A DNA stretch of 19,315 nucleotides from a virus. Of the stretch, positions 19,227-19,315 are shown one piece after another; the first letter of the stretch is position 1, and every line of letters begins with the position of its first letter. Under the pieces are notes generated by a model. That model was not told the origin of the DNA and ran no database searches. It worked only from the letters and a program-made list of their open reading frames with translations. Location of the stretch: IMG/VR virus record IMGVR_UViG_3300045988_139350, positions 1 through 19,315 of that record; one strand, given 5' to 3'. The position numbers were made by a program, and so were the translations under genes.

Positions 19227-19315
19227 AAAATCTTCTGCCCTAGTATAAAACAAATAACATGTAGTTACTGAAACCATGTGGGGAAGTTTTGTAAACAGGG
19301 AAGTATTAATTAGAT
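19227..19315. repeat. Right inverted terminal repeat (89 bp)
   Basis: Exact reverse complement of 1..89. Terminal repeats plus a protein-primed PolB and a terminal-protein candidate fit a linear genome with covalently capped ends. Confidence 0.97.

Noticed and set aside
1-19315. Search for lysogeny or mobile functions, CRISPR arrays and rRNA/tRNA genes
   Set aside because: I saw no integrase, recombinase, repressor-like HTH pair, transposase motifs, regularly spaced repeats or RNA-gene signatures. The genome looks strictly lytic.

Overview
The 19,315-bp window appears to be a complete linear genome of a small, very AT-rich, phi29-like podophage that replicates by protein priming. All homology calls are made by eye and from memory of phi29-family and Pfam-type motifs; nothing was searched or computed.

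Layout:
- Ends: perfect 89-bp inverted terminal repeats (1..89 and 19227..19315).
- Rightward early arm (313..7675): two operons behind a duplicated TTGCAn-17-TATAAT promoter module. Operon 1 carries small accessory genes, including a PAPS-reductase-like PP-loop enzyme, a DUF3310-like protein and a MazG-like protein. Operon 2 carries a secreted protein, a terminal-protein candidate, a protein-primed family-B DNA polymerase and an ECF-like sigma factor.
- Leftward late arm (17954..7700): scaffold, major capsid, a fusion of tail-knob N-domain with GH24 lysozyme and NlpC/P60, the tail-knob C-part, connector, lower collar, beta-helix appendage, an 82-aa protein, a YvrJ-like holin candidate (not in the ORF track), an Amidase_3-SPOR endolysin, and a gp16-like packaging ATPase.
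- Short leftward right-end operon (18854..18202): SSB plus a 93-aa protein.
- No integrase, tRNA, rRNA or CRISPR was seen.

Most interesting observations:
1. The phage sigma gene co-occurs with four co-oriented intergenic copies of GTnTAC-N16-CGT(A/T), an ECF-type promoter architecture. Three sit inside terminator hairpins ahead of late gene blocks. One is superimposed on the promoter of the sigma gene's own operon.
2. A GC-enriched two-hairpin leader or RNA element lies ahead of the scaffold gene.
3. The ~370-bp non-coding right end holds three AGTATAATATA boxes and two GC-clamped hairpins, a candidate ncRNA locus.
4. The phi29 gp9-type tail-knob gene is split, and its N-domain is fused to two peptidoglycan hydrolase domains.
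5. The PAPS-reductase-like gene is bracketed by identical 17-bp junctions.
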